From: Larinioides sclopetarius
Lineage: Eukaryota
DNA: 64,000 nucleotides
NCBI GenBank assembly: GCA_964023285.1
Contig: CAXIEN010000102.1
Location: forward strand, 2,999,528 to 3,063,527
Reading direction: 5' to 3'
The notes beneath the pieces are model-generated. The model worked only from the letters and a program-made list of their open reading frames with translations, did not search any database and had not been told where the DNA came from. Shown in pieces: positions 27,598-38,058 of the stretch. The position numbers were made by a program, and so were the translations under genes. Within the stretch, counting starts at the first letter, position 1; every line of letters begins with the position of its first letter.

Positions 27598-28506
27598 CTA
27601 GTATGATGTGGCCATCATTAAATTTTCTTCGATATAATTATATAATTGACATGCATCAGAATCTATAGATATAACGCTTACTTTTATCCAAAACATGAAA
27701 CAAATTAATAAACTGCATCAAGCTTTTTCTTATATTTTAAGCAATGTTGAAGCTATGCTTTACCAAAGAAACAGAAAAATGCTTATAACAAGAATTTTAA
27801 AAATGCATAGCAGAGCCTCTTGTTGAGATACATGCATACAAACTGAATCAAAGTAAGTTCACAGAGTAAACATATTATGTATTAAATTTTATGAAGTTTC
27901 CAGGCAGAAACTGAGAAACCTAATCAAAAAAGCTTCCAAATTTCGAAAAATATGTGGAGGGGAAAGTGGAGTTTGAGCAATTTGTACCAAACTCCAATCA
28001 GCATCAATTTATGTTATGGTAAAACTAAATATAAAATTTCATGAAATTTTGCACATTAGTTTTTCCTCTAAAGCAGCCATAAAATTTCGCAAAATTGTGG
28101 GAAAAAAAGAAAAGCAGTGCCACCTGTCCAGTGATAGGCACCAAATCTAATCATCCATAATTTTTGTTATGATTGTAAATAATTTTTTTTTTGAAATTCT
28201 GCTTATTTGTTTTTATTCTAGAGTAGATAATACAAAATTTCTCAAACATCATGAAGAAACCGAATAGCAGCGCCCCCCCCCCATCTGTAGAGTGATCCCC
28301 ACCAAAACCAATTTATATCATGATACAGCTAAATATAAAATAGCATGGCCACAAAATTCGTGTCACACAGACGGACAGATATTTTCTAAAAATAGCCAAA
28401 TTCTGTTCAGTATTATTCAAAACGTGTAAATCCATCAAAATACGAAGTCAAAAATTTTCGCAATTCCATTACTTTCTACTTATGTACAAATAAAAGAAAG
28501 TAAAAG
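27598..28506 (+). repeat. Copy A2 of the same repeat family (longer, with an extra internal segment), in the last AASDH intron next to the Tc1 element
   Basis: See copy A1. There is 70-85% similarity over shared blocks, including 28261-28290 aatagcagcgcccccccccccatctgtagagtgatcc and 28370-28506. Confidence 0.6.
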
Positions 28507-28698
28507 GAGTATAAATTTTTAAGAATATATATGAAATAATGTCTTTTCCATCCTTGTTGGAAGCTTTCATTGACTAGATACACTCCTGGATTCCTTTCAA
28601 CAAATTCTTCTCTTTCAATTGGCTTTTATTCTTGATACATCCAGTTTTCTTTTCTTTATACCTTCAGTAAACAAAGCTTTGTGTCCATGCTTTTGATA

Positions 28699-29938
28699 CA
28701 GGTATAGGACACAATAATAGGGACAACTGTGAAAAAAATGAAAATTTTTTATTAGTAAGGAGTTGGGCCACCTTTGGCCTGAACGACAGCTTACATTCGT
28801 ACAAATAAAGGTTTTGAACAAATTTCATCAGAATTAGCACCCATTCCTCGTGCCATTTCGAGTTCAGATAGTGTGCATGGAGGAGGAAATCAAGCACGGA
28901 CTTTGTTCTCTAAATAACCCCACAAAGGCTTAATGATATTGAAATCAGGGGACTGAGGACACCAGGTTATATGTTCAACTTCATCATCACGCTCATGTAA
29001 CCATGTTTGAACACAGCGAGACATGTGAACAGGCGCGTTGTCATCATGCTGCGAACACAGGACGTTCTCCCGGAAAGCAAGTTTGAAGCATGGGGTGAAG
29101 ATGATCTGCAAGAATGCTTCAATAATGGTCGTCTGTGATCATACCCCTCAAGACAACGAGAGGCCCCAATCAACGGGAAGATATTGCGGCCCACACCATC
29201 ACAGAACAACCTCTATGTTTCATGGTTGGAACCAGACAGTCAACAGGAAATGCTTTTGCCGGTGTTCGCCAGACGAACACACGTTCGGTAGTTTGGAAAA
29301 ATGTAAACGAGGATTCATCAGACCAGATAACTTGTTCCCATTGCAGTTGTGTCCAGTTTAGGTGGTCTCTGCACCACTGTAGTTTCTTCATAGTATTCCG
29401 CGCCGAAACAAACGGTTTTGGAATTGCTACTCTGCCATGAATGTTCGCAGCTCATTGAATAGTTTTCATGGATACAGGGCTCTGAATTCATCTCGGATGT
29501 TATCTGCGACAGTGTAGTCTTGCGATTTTGAGCGACTGTCCTCTTCAACATTCGTCTATCACGGTCCTTAGACTTCGACTTTCGCCCACTGTTGTGCTTC
29601 GCAGAAGACACCTTACCCAGGTTTGTGTAGGCTGTCATAACCCTTGCCACAGTAGTCCTTGAAACACCCACAAGGTTGGATATTCTGGACACGGACGCTC
29701 CAGCGAGGTGAGCTCCAATTATCATGCCGCTTTTCACGTCGGAGAGGTTGGACATAATCACGCTTTGCTGGGAACAGAATTTTCTCATGCGAGTCTCACA
29801 CTGCCAAATGCTTGACTGGTATCTTCCCTTTCGCACTACTAGGTGGCACACTGTTGCGACATGAGGCAGCTGTTTATTGGATGGTCGAAAAATGACTCAT
29901 TTTTAAATGGGTGTTCCTATTATTTTGTCCTATACCTG
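28699..29938 (-). mobile_element. Tc1-like DNA transposon (Tc1/mariner superfamily, DD34E-type signature), about 1.24 kb, defective, inside the last AASDH intron
   Basis: Imperfect terminal inverted repeats are CAGGTATAGGACACAATAATAGGGACAAC at 28699 and its reverse complement caggtataggacaaaataataggaacacc ending at 29938. Each is flanked by TA (28697-98 and 29939-40). The internal ORFs encode a paired-like HTH (MIIGAHLAGASVSRISNLVGVSRTTVARV..RKSKSKDRDRRMLKR) and DDE segments (WSDESSF..; QHDDNAPVHMS..; WCPQSPDFNIIKPLWGYLE). These are split over three frames. Confidence 0.85.
28890..29755 (-). pseudogene. Frameshifted Tc1-family transposase remnant
   Basis: The transposase is spread over ORFs 29318-29851, 29170-29391 and 28890-29111 in different frames. 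No intact ORF spans the HTH plus DDE domains. Confidence 0.8.
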
Positions 29939-30549
29939 TATATTGTATTCAACGTCCTACATTTTGCAAGAATGCGTCCTATATTTTTTCTCTGCATCTA
30001 TTGGAAAAAATGAAACACCTTTTTTCAGGATAAAGCACTTTTAAGGTGTTTAAAAATGGTTTTCAAAATTAAGCACTTTTAATAACGCTATACACCCTGA
30101 TGTAATTTTTACAAAAATTTCACAAAATGAAGAAATTAAATTCCTCAACTTATTTGAAAGATACTGAATTAATATATTCATTTGTTTGTAAGTGAGATTA
30201 TAAGTATTTTTACGGTTTACCATTTATCAACTTAAATCTTTCTGAGAGAAAATGTTGATATAATATAAAATAGAAAATTAAAGGGATCCAAAATAACAAT
30301 GAAGGAGAGAAATTAAAAATAGATAAAAAAAATCTCTGGAAATAAATATTTGAAAAAAAGTAAAAAACGTATTATAAATACAATATATTCAAACCTATAC
30401 ATTCCACACAGAAAAATAAACGATTAAAAACATTTTTTTATAAGTCAAAAAGCTAATTCTAATAAACGGAATATTAATGATGAAACGTTTCAATAAAACT
30501 GGAACAAATTTTTAAAAAATATTTGAACTGATAATCTGTGAATACTTAC

Positions 30550-30681
30550 CATTGTGCCTGATAAATTAAAATGCAAGAAACAGTTATTTGTAGCACCAAT
30601 AAAAATTCCTGAAGCAGTAAGTAATGGAGAGGAAAATAATGGTTTGCCATAATTGTAGGTCCAAATTGTAATACCTGTATC
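30550..30681 (-). CDS. AASDH: AASDH-like PQQ-repeat exon (DTGITIWTYNYGKPLFSSPLLTASGIFIGATNNCFLHFNLSGTM)
   Basis: The acceptor is tgtatttag|G. The donor is ATG|gtaagt. The exon is 44 codons long, phase 0. Joined to the upstream exon it reads DGILAALKM|DTGITIW, which is PQQ-like. Confidence 0.7.
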
Positions 30682-31053
30682 CTAAATACACAAAGAAGGT
30701 ACACTAATTTTTCTTGAATACATAACATCTATATTAAAAATAATTTGGCACAAACATGAATACAATAATTAAATGTAGTAATACCCTCACTTATATGTAA
30801 TTACAGTTATGCAGTTCCTTATTTTACTCTACCACTTATGTAGAAGGAAAATATTCATTTTAAAATATGGTATAAGTAATTTAAAAATATATCAGAAATC
30901 ATTTCATTAATAATGTTTCACTAAACACCAAAGAAGAGAGAATTTAATTCTGCATTTCAAGAAAATTAATATTACTTTTATTTCTAACAGGATATAAGAA
31001 TTAGGGATTGCTAATGCAAAAAAAAGGTGTTTTATCCCTAGATGCATACAAAC

Positions 31054-31179
31054 CATTTTTAAAGCAGCAAGAATGCCATCCAAAGTTGCAACAGAAATAA
31101 TTGCAGATTCTTCAAATATTGCCGGGGAAGAAAAAATACTTCCTTTACCAATCATCTTTTTCCAAAGAAGTTCTCCATT
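31054..31179 (-). CDS. AASDH: AASDH-like PQQ-repeat exon (NGELLWKKMIGKGSIFSSPAIFEESAIISVATLDGILAALKM)
   Basis: The acceptor is ttttttcag|A. The donor is ATG|gtttgt. Joining to the previous exon gives ..HIYAINGE|NGELLWKK.., an ideal PQQ junction (lyAlD..tGe.lWk). The exon is 42 codons long, phase 0 to phase 0. Confidence 0.65.
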
Positions 31180-32155
31180 CTGAAAAAATTACTCTTTGTA
31201 AAGAATATTTTCTCCTGTTGACACTTTAAATTAAATGGTAAAAATAAATTGTGACATTAAATTAAAAAAAAATAAGCAGTCAGTATAGGGTAAGCTAATC
31301 CTTCTACACATCAAAAGTATAATATAAAAAAATCAAGACTCAAATCAAAATATTTTCAGACTATAAACAAAATAAATTAATTAAATCAACACAATTGGTG
31401 TAGAATTCAAGTTTAATACATAATTAATGAATTAAAATGAATGAAATTTAGTTTGGGCACAAAATTAAACTTAATGTAATAAATTTATCAAAATTGAAAA
31501 TCTAGTATTAAGCACATATCAGTAATACATTGGTGCCACCTAATAAACATAGTTATTTTCTTTTAAGGTGATTCTCATCATGCCTTATAATGACTTCAAA
31601 CATTTCCTTGATTTCACTTCTTCACAAGATCAGTAGCATAGTGTAGGGTGGAAGAAAAATGAAAATTATTAATATCCCAGGCAATAGTTTTCAGGGGTGT
31701 TGCAAAGATAAAATATTTGAGTGTTTTTTTTCACTTTTTATTCTAAAATGTGATAAAAAGGATGAAAAATAATACTTTGCCCATGCATCACTAATACTTG
31801 CTATACATGAAGGTGCTTGTATAAATACATTACATTTTATGTCCTTTTAAACCACAAAAAAATTATTCAACAAAGATACACGTAATAAAAAAAATATTAA
31901 CAGAAATTTATAATTTCGTTCCTCCTCTCCCTCCAAAAAATGCAGTACATCTTCTTCCACTGTGGGATATAAATGAAAATATACATCCTTGAAAGCATTA
32001 GTAACGAGGATAAACATTAAGGACTTTTAGGTAGATTCCTTATAGGAAAAATCTACCTATTGCAATGGTTCTCATGACGCGACTTCCGGAAAATTTTTGC
32101 ATATCTTCACCGATCATGACCCCTAGAACCCCAAACCACCCTCCGTTAAAAAGTT

Positions 32156-32190
32156 TATATATATATATATATATAGGTATATATATGTAT
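32156..32190. repeat. (TA)n microsatellite
   Basis: tatatatatatatatataggtatatatatgtata. Similar (AT)n runs occur at 16640-16660 and 35577-35600. Confidence 0.9.
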
Positions 32191-32278
32191 AACGCTGTTT
32201 TCCATGTTAATCTTGTGAACACGATAACTGAAGTAATTTTCATTTAAATTTAACCAAATTTGGAGATGAGGTAGAGAC

Positions 32279-33145
32279 AGTAAAAATCTCGGTCGAGTTC
32301 GTAGATGGGCTATTTAGCTCAAAGGGGGTGGAAATGGTGGGGGGTGAAAATTTTAATTTTCCCATAACTCCTTTACAATTGAAAATAGAAAGAAAATTCC
32401 AATTAGGCGAATTAGCGTCTTAGCATAACAAGCAACTTTTGTATTTAAACTTTTTTGATCGCTGCAATTTTTTAAAAGTTATGCGCTAAAAAGTGATTTT
32501 CCTTCCCTTCCCACCCCTTCCCATAGCTCAAATTGTCTTTCAACCTATACTTGTTACCCCTCGTTGGAAAGCTCTTGTCATTTGCAGTCTTTTCTACCCG
32601 TTTTCGTTCTTACAGCTCTAATCAGTTAGCGATTAGAGGGTGAAATGTTCATTTTCTTATATCAACGGGCTTAAAATTTTGCTCCTGTTTTGTTGAGAAC
32701 AAGATAGTTTAAGTTACTTTGAATAGATTGAAGACTGCAAGAAACTTGTTGCAAGGATAGTAAAAATCTCGGTTGAGTTCATAGATGGTCTCTTCAGCTC
32801 AAATGGAATGAAAATAGGAGAATAAGTGTGTGTGAAAGTTCTCATTTTTTCATAGTTCCTTTTACACCTAAAAATAGTAAGAAAATTCAAACCAGACGAA
32901 TTAACGTCTTATCATAACTACCACTTTTCCTTTAAAAATTTCTCAATAATTGCAATTGTTTAGAAATTATGAGCTGTAGTGTAGTTTTCTTCCCTTTTTG
33001 AAATTAAAATTATATTTCAACCTATAAATGTAGCACCTTGTTCTAAAGCTCTTTTTATTTGCAGTCTCTTACATCTTTTATAATTCTTGTAGTTCCAATA
33101 ATAATGAAAATCGAGCACGTTATGTTCCTTTCTTTATATCTCCAA
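32279..33145. repeat. Tandem duplication, about 480-bp unit in 2 copies (about 75% identity), within an AASDH intron
   Basis: Unit 1 is at 32279-32758 and unit 2 at 32759 to about 33145. Both start (c/a)agtaaaaatctcgg(t/t)(c/t)gagttc(g/a)tagatgg.. and share collinear blocks (..cttagcataac(a/t)a(g/c)caactttt.., ..aacctata..tgt..cc..gtt..aaagctctt..atttgcagtct..). Confidence 0.7.
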
Positions 33146-34178
33146 TTGCATGGAATCTACCTTTGCCTTCCGGCCCTGCCGACTGGGATTTTTTTATTAT
33201 TATTTTAGGCTTTAGATGATGCCTTTTATTTAGTTACAATCTTCACTACAAATCTTTATGATCTGAATAAAATAAATTCGCACAGTGCTCAGTCTCATTA
33301 ATATGACCTCCAATTAGTATAAAGAAAAACTTCCTTGTGCAGCAAGGTGGGAAGAAAGTAAAATATGGAGCCATGCTGACTTCAGGGGAGCTTGAGACAC
33401 ATTGGAATGAGAATGGTAATTGGTCTAAAAAGTAAACAATATGATCAAGGTGTACTGATTTAAGGCCTCAGATTCTAAATTGGATGTTATTCATAGAATC
33501 TGAAGGGAAGTACTGTGGATTTTACTTCCTAATCCTCAGCCACTCGTGTAGTTTCAGTTGTGAGATAAATAAAGATAAAATCATACACACAAGACAGTCA
33601 ACTGAATCTAGAGGTGTACATGGTCTGCAAGAATCAATACTAAATGAAATTTATTCATAGTACTCTATGCAATTGATTAGTAGTAGAGATGACACAAAAA
33701 TATTTCCTAGATCATAATAACAACAATTAGAGAAGGGATATGGAGAATTTATTCCAAGATTGTTTTTATACCATTCATCTGTTTGATCAAGCAATGAATG
33801 TGAATCATACGATATTTTGAAGGCATCATCATTGAAAGTCAATGCAGGACCTTTTGGAAATATCAACATTTTAGCAGATGAGCTTACTAATGCACTGTCA
33901 CCATCCATCTGCCTGAGCTTCTAATTGAGGAAATGAAAATCAGCCATTGTGAAAAGGTATATCTTCACTCATATACTCAAAGTTTAAAAGAATACAAATA
34001 TTCTCATGGGACTGGTGCTATGTTTTATTCACACAAGTCAAAAATTAAATTAACCCAGACCTTACAGGAGCTAGTCTGTTCATCTGAAATATTAAATTAT
34101 TGATATACAGGAGAGTGAAACAACTAACTGCTTTTATAGCGTTATATTTATAAAAATTCAGATTTTTGATAAACTCAC

Positions 34179-34339
34179 CTCACCATTTATTGCATATATG
34201 TGTTTATCATGAGAGCCTATAAACACAGCGTTTTGGGATGAAACTACAGGAGAGCTTTTAATTTCAGCACCAGTACTGAAAAACCATAAAATATTCCCAT
34301 CTTTAACATTCATACAATACAGATGATGATCATAGCATC
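34179..34339 (-). CDS. AASDH: AASDH-like PQQ-repeat exon (GCYDHHLYCMNVKDGNILWFFSTGAEIKSSPVVSSQNAVFIGSHDKHIYAINGE)
   Basis: The acceptor is cattttag|G. The donor is GAG|gtgagt, a perfect consensus. There is a clear PQQ repeat (DGxLW...SSP...GSxDxxxYAxNGE). The phase matches the upstream exon, which donates 1 nt. Confidence 0.7.
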
Positions 34340-35689
34340 CTAAAATGTAGAAAATTATAAACTTAATGATATTCACTCATTTAGGAATTAGCACTTCAAA
34401 TAAGACAAATCCAATGGCATATTTAATTTTCAATAATTTAATCTGACAGAAAAATCCTCGAATCTAATGAGGCAGTCTTTAATACCTTAATTATCAAGCT
34501 TCAGTGATATACTATTAAAATTCAAATTTATAGTTTAAACTAAACTGAATTATGAGCCAGACATGTAAATGTCTGACAATTGTAATATGCAAATAGAAAA
34601 ATGAGAAAGAATGCTTATTTTAAAATTTTAACTATATAAATAACAAAACAATACATATAATTGCAAAACACCATTATTTTTCCTCTTCTTCGTTTCAAAT
34701 AGAAACAGTTCTGTAATTAGAAGCCAACCACCAATTTTATAGGTTTCTAGTTTGTAGCTGAAGACTGCACTAATGTATATGAACATCGCTTGTAAAATTT
34801 TTAATAAGTTTAAACCCATTGCTCACATCAGAGTTTGATAAAGAATTTTTCTGTAATACTTATTAATAAAATATATCTTTAAATGTGTTTTTTGAAGGTG
34901 TTCTTCACTGTATAATTGCATAAAATTTCCCTCTTTCTTTCTATCAAAATAATATTTATGTAATACAAATTTACCACGCCCAAAAAAACTGAAAAGAGGG
35001 GATAACCACAGTCAACACTTTTTATAACCACCCACTCTACAACTAAAAGTTTTATATTCAATAATATATTTACCTTCCTCATTGACTAACTCACTGACTG
35101 ATCGATTCTATAACACTTAACTGTTGGGATTTTGATTGTTAAAAGCATTGTTAAGCCTCCTGTAATGCTGTGAGTTTGAAATATGAAAAAATATTGTTAA
35201 AAACACTGTGTCAAATTATTGTTTAAACAATGAATTTTTAAAAAAAATGTAATGTTGTTTAAACAATGAAAAACTTCAAAAATGTAATGTTGTTAAAATA
35301 ATATTGAAACCTTTTAAATGTATTGTTGTAGTTGCATAAATGGCATTTAATTATTGCATTAAAAATGACTGTGCCAGAAATCAAACAAATTTGAGATATT
35401 GTGGACTTTATTATGGCATCTTTCAACAATTCAAAAACTTTTTGATGAAATTGGAATTTGTATTATATTTTTGGAGAACAAATTTGTTACAATCAGTTCT
35501 GAGAAATAGTTTTCAGGCCAAAAGCCCGTTTTAGACGGGGCACAAAGTTTCTAGTAATGAATAGTGGCTATAATGGATATATATATATATATATATATAA
35601 CCAAGAAAAATATAAAACACAGCTAAGAATTTTTTCAATTGCCATTATAATGGATTGGTCTGTATAATACTGTCATTATAATGACCCAG

Positions 35690-36044
35690 GGTTCCCACTG
35701 TTATCAAAGAAAAAATTCAAGGACTTTTAAGGACCTTTTTAAGAAAATTCAAGGACCCTTTAAGGAAAATTCAAAGACTTTTTAAGGCAAATTCAAGAAA
35801 CTTTTACGGAAATTTCTTTTGCCATAAAATTAGATATTATAGATATTTGTACATAATTGAATATTTCATTTGAAAAACTGTAAAATCTATCTATTTTGCA
35901 TTTCTGAGCATTGAAGATTGCTGAGGGACAGAGATTATTAGCAGTTGCTTAAAAATTCAAGGACTTTCCAGGACCTAATCTTTTTTTCCAAGGACTTTTA
36001 AGGACCAAATTTTATCAAAAATATTTCAACCCTGTGACATGAAT
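35690..36044. repeat. Possible MITE fragment with Tc1/mariner-like terminus CAGGGTTCCCACTG and multiple aattcaaggac(c/t)ttttaagg subrepeats
   Basis: The terminal motif is the reverse complement of cagtgggaaccctg found inside the 512-bp duplicated segments (24226, 25551). The internal ..aaattcaaggac.. motif is also shared. It ends near ..tttcaaccctgtgac, a degenerate inverse end. Confidence 0.3.
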
Positions 36045-37308
36045 AACAGAATTAACCATAAACTGAATTATGCAACTAGATAGTAGCATCATCCATTTAC
36101 AATATTTACAGAATTACATAATAGATATGCGGAGATATGGCTATTATGCTTTAAAAAATACTTTTTTTCCTAGAACTGATTGCTATTATGCAGATGGAAT
36201 ATGAATGCATGATTGGTCGCAGTTTTGTAATGTATACAATTAATTAAAATTAAATAACTTGCAAGAACCAATCATCATTTTATTGATTTAGGAAATACTA
36301 CACTAAAAACTGTAACAAGGACTGCATAATTTATCATAAAAAATTAAAGAAATAAAATCCATTATACAACAAAAACTTAAAATGCAATAAGTAATTTGGA
36401 AAACATGCAAGATTAGAATTTTTTTTTCTTCTGTCAAGCTTTGTAAAAGCAGCAATATATGAACTGGTTAGAATGAAAATGTCAAAAGTCACAAAATTAT
36501 ACAATTTTGAGTTAAACATATATGTTTCAATTCCTTTCTGGTTATTTTGCTTAATGTGGTAGCTGTCTAATTCTATAATACATATAAAGGCCCAGATCTG
36601 GGATCAAGTAATGCTCTGACGTCCCTAACAATAAAACTTTAACAGCTATATAAAAATGCAAATGATGAAGTGATACATTTGAATTTTATAACAATAAAAA
36701 AAAGTTGTAACACAATCTGTGTTTAAAATAAATTTACAGCCCAAGAAAACATTGTATAATAATAAAATTTGTATAATTAAAAAAGATAATTCCCTGCTCT
36801 TAAGGTGATATAAAAATGATTTTCACACCATAAGCATTACAAAAGTAACTGGCAAGAAAGGTCTGCTTAATTTCCATTATTTAATTAAACAGAAACTTAC
36901 TTAGAACTTCCTTTTTAATGAATGTGTACCTTTACCAGTGTTAAGTTTCTTTTCTGTATGTTTGGTATTGTTAACGTGTATACACAAGATAAATATTGTG
37001 CTAAATTGTTTTTAAATCTGCCTTGGCATTCCATTTAATTTATACTTGATAATCACTTACTTATTAAATAAAAGATGATAAATTTTATGGTGTTTGGATT
37101 AGTTTAAGAATATTTTAAAGGAGATTTGAACGAATACAATAGACATAATACACATAATGAAAAGGCAACTTGCAACCATCATATCAAGATGGGTTATCTT
37201 CTAGTAGTACAATAAGTGATTACTAGGAGCAGCATTAAAAATATCTACAACATTGAACTACATGCAAACAGTTTTAGAAGATCTTCAATTACTCAAAACT
37301 AAGTTCAA

Positions 37309-37736
37309 AAAATTTTATTTACATTTTTTTTCCAAATTAACTTTATTATCCTTTTACAATAATTTTTCGAAATATAAATTTTACTTAAAAAAACAGCATT
37401 ACTTTCAAATTTAAATTATTATTTGGGAATAAATAGGTTTTAAATTTTTAGTTTCACTGATATTTCAGGCTTTTTATGCCATTTCTTTTTTTTTTTACCA
37501 TAATAACAAAATACCCTCTCTTTTTAAAAAATTTCTTAATAAATTTAGCTCTTAAAAATTTTACTTGATTAACTGTTAATTTTAAGCTTACATGCAAATA
37601 GCTAATCTTGAATTGAGTTTTTCATATCTTATATTTTTCTGTAGAGTTTTTTATTATGTAAATCTGATTTTTTTCCTAAAAAAACTCATGATTTTGATAT
37701 TTTAATTAATTTGAGTTATTAAATTTACACCACTAT
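37309..37736. repeat. Intact copy of a locally duplicated 430-bp AT-rich repeat. The paralogous copy at 40822-42801 is interrupted by the mariner element
   Basis: The sequence is near-identical to 40822-41138 plus 42709-42801 (..catgcaaatagctaatcttgaattgagtttttcatatcttatatttttctgtagagttttttattatgtaaatctg..). Confidence 0.8.
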
Positions 37737-37906
37737 CATTATTACCAGTTCATATAAAATATTTGAGCATTCAAGATATTTCCCTATCGGATAATTTCTC
37801 CAATTAAAATCTACAAATAGCAAATAAAATAAGAAACGTTTTATGATCAATAAAGTCTGTTTTAAATGAAAATGTACATTCTAGAAATGAACACAGATAA
37901 ACTTAC

Positions 37907-38058
37907 CAACAAAAACATATTTTCCACAAAATGATAAACATGATGAAGATTCAATTCTGTCTGGAAGTTTAACAGTCCACTTAAGAGAGGCCTCCATGAT
38001 ATTGAAACAACAAAAGAGTCCTGAATGTGATCCAATGAAACCTAATAATTCATTTTTC
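37907..38058 (-). CDS. AASDH: AASDH-like PQQ-repeat exon (KNELLGFIGSHSGLFCCFNIMEASLKWTVKLPDRIESSSCLSFCGKYVFVG)
   Basis: The acceptor is tatttttag|G. The donor is G|gtaagt. The PQQ/beta-propeller pattern (GSxxGxL...W...SS..vfvG) is present. Codon phase is consistent with both neighbouring exons. Confidence 0.7.

Noticed and set aside
33651-33920. 85-codon minus-strand ORF (KLRQMDGDSALVSSSAKMLIFPKGPALTFNDDAFKISYDS..) with a plausible acceptor at 33921-22 and a strong GTAAGC donor after 33 nt. I initially considered it an AASDH exon
   Set aside because: Joining the flanking exons directly (34179 to 31179) gives ..HIYAINGE|NGELLWKKMIGKGSIFSSP.., which fits the PQQ repeat consensus and keeps phase 0/0. 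Inserting this segment breaks the repeat pattern (no LW after the NGE turn). The long version ends in phase 2 and creates a stop at the next junction. It is most likely an open frame in intronic sequence.
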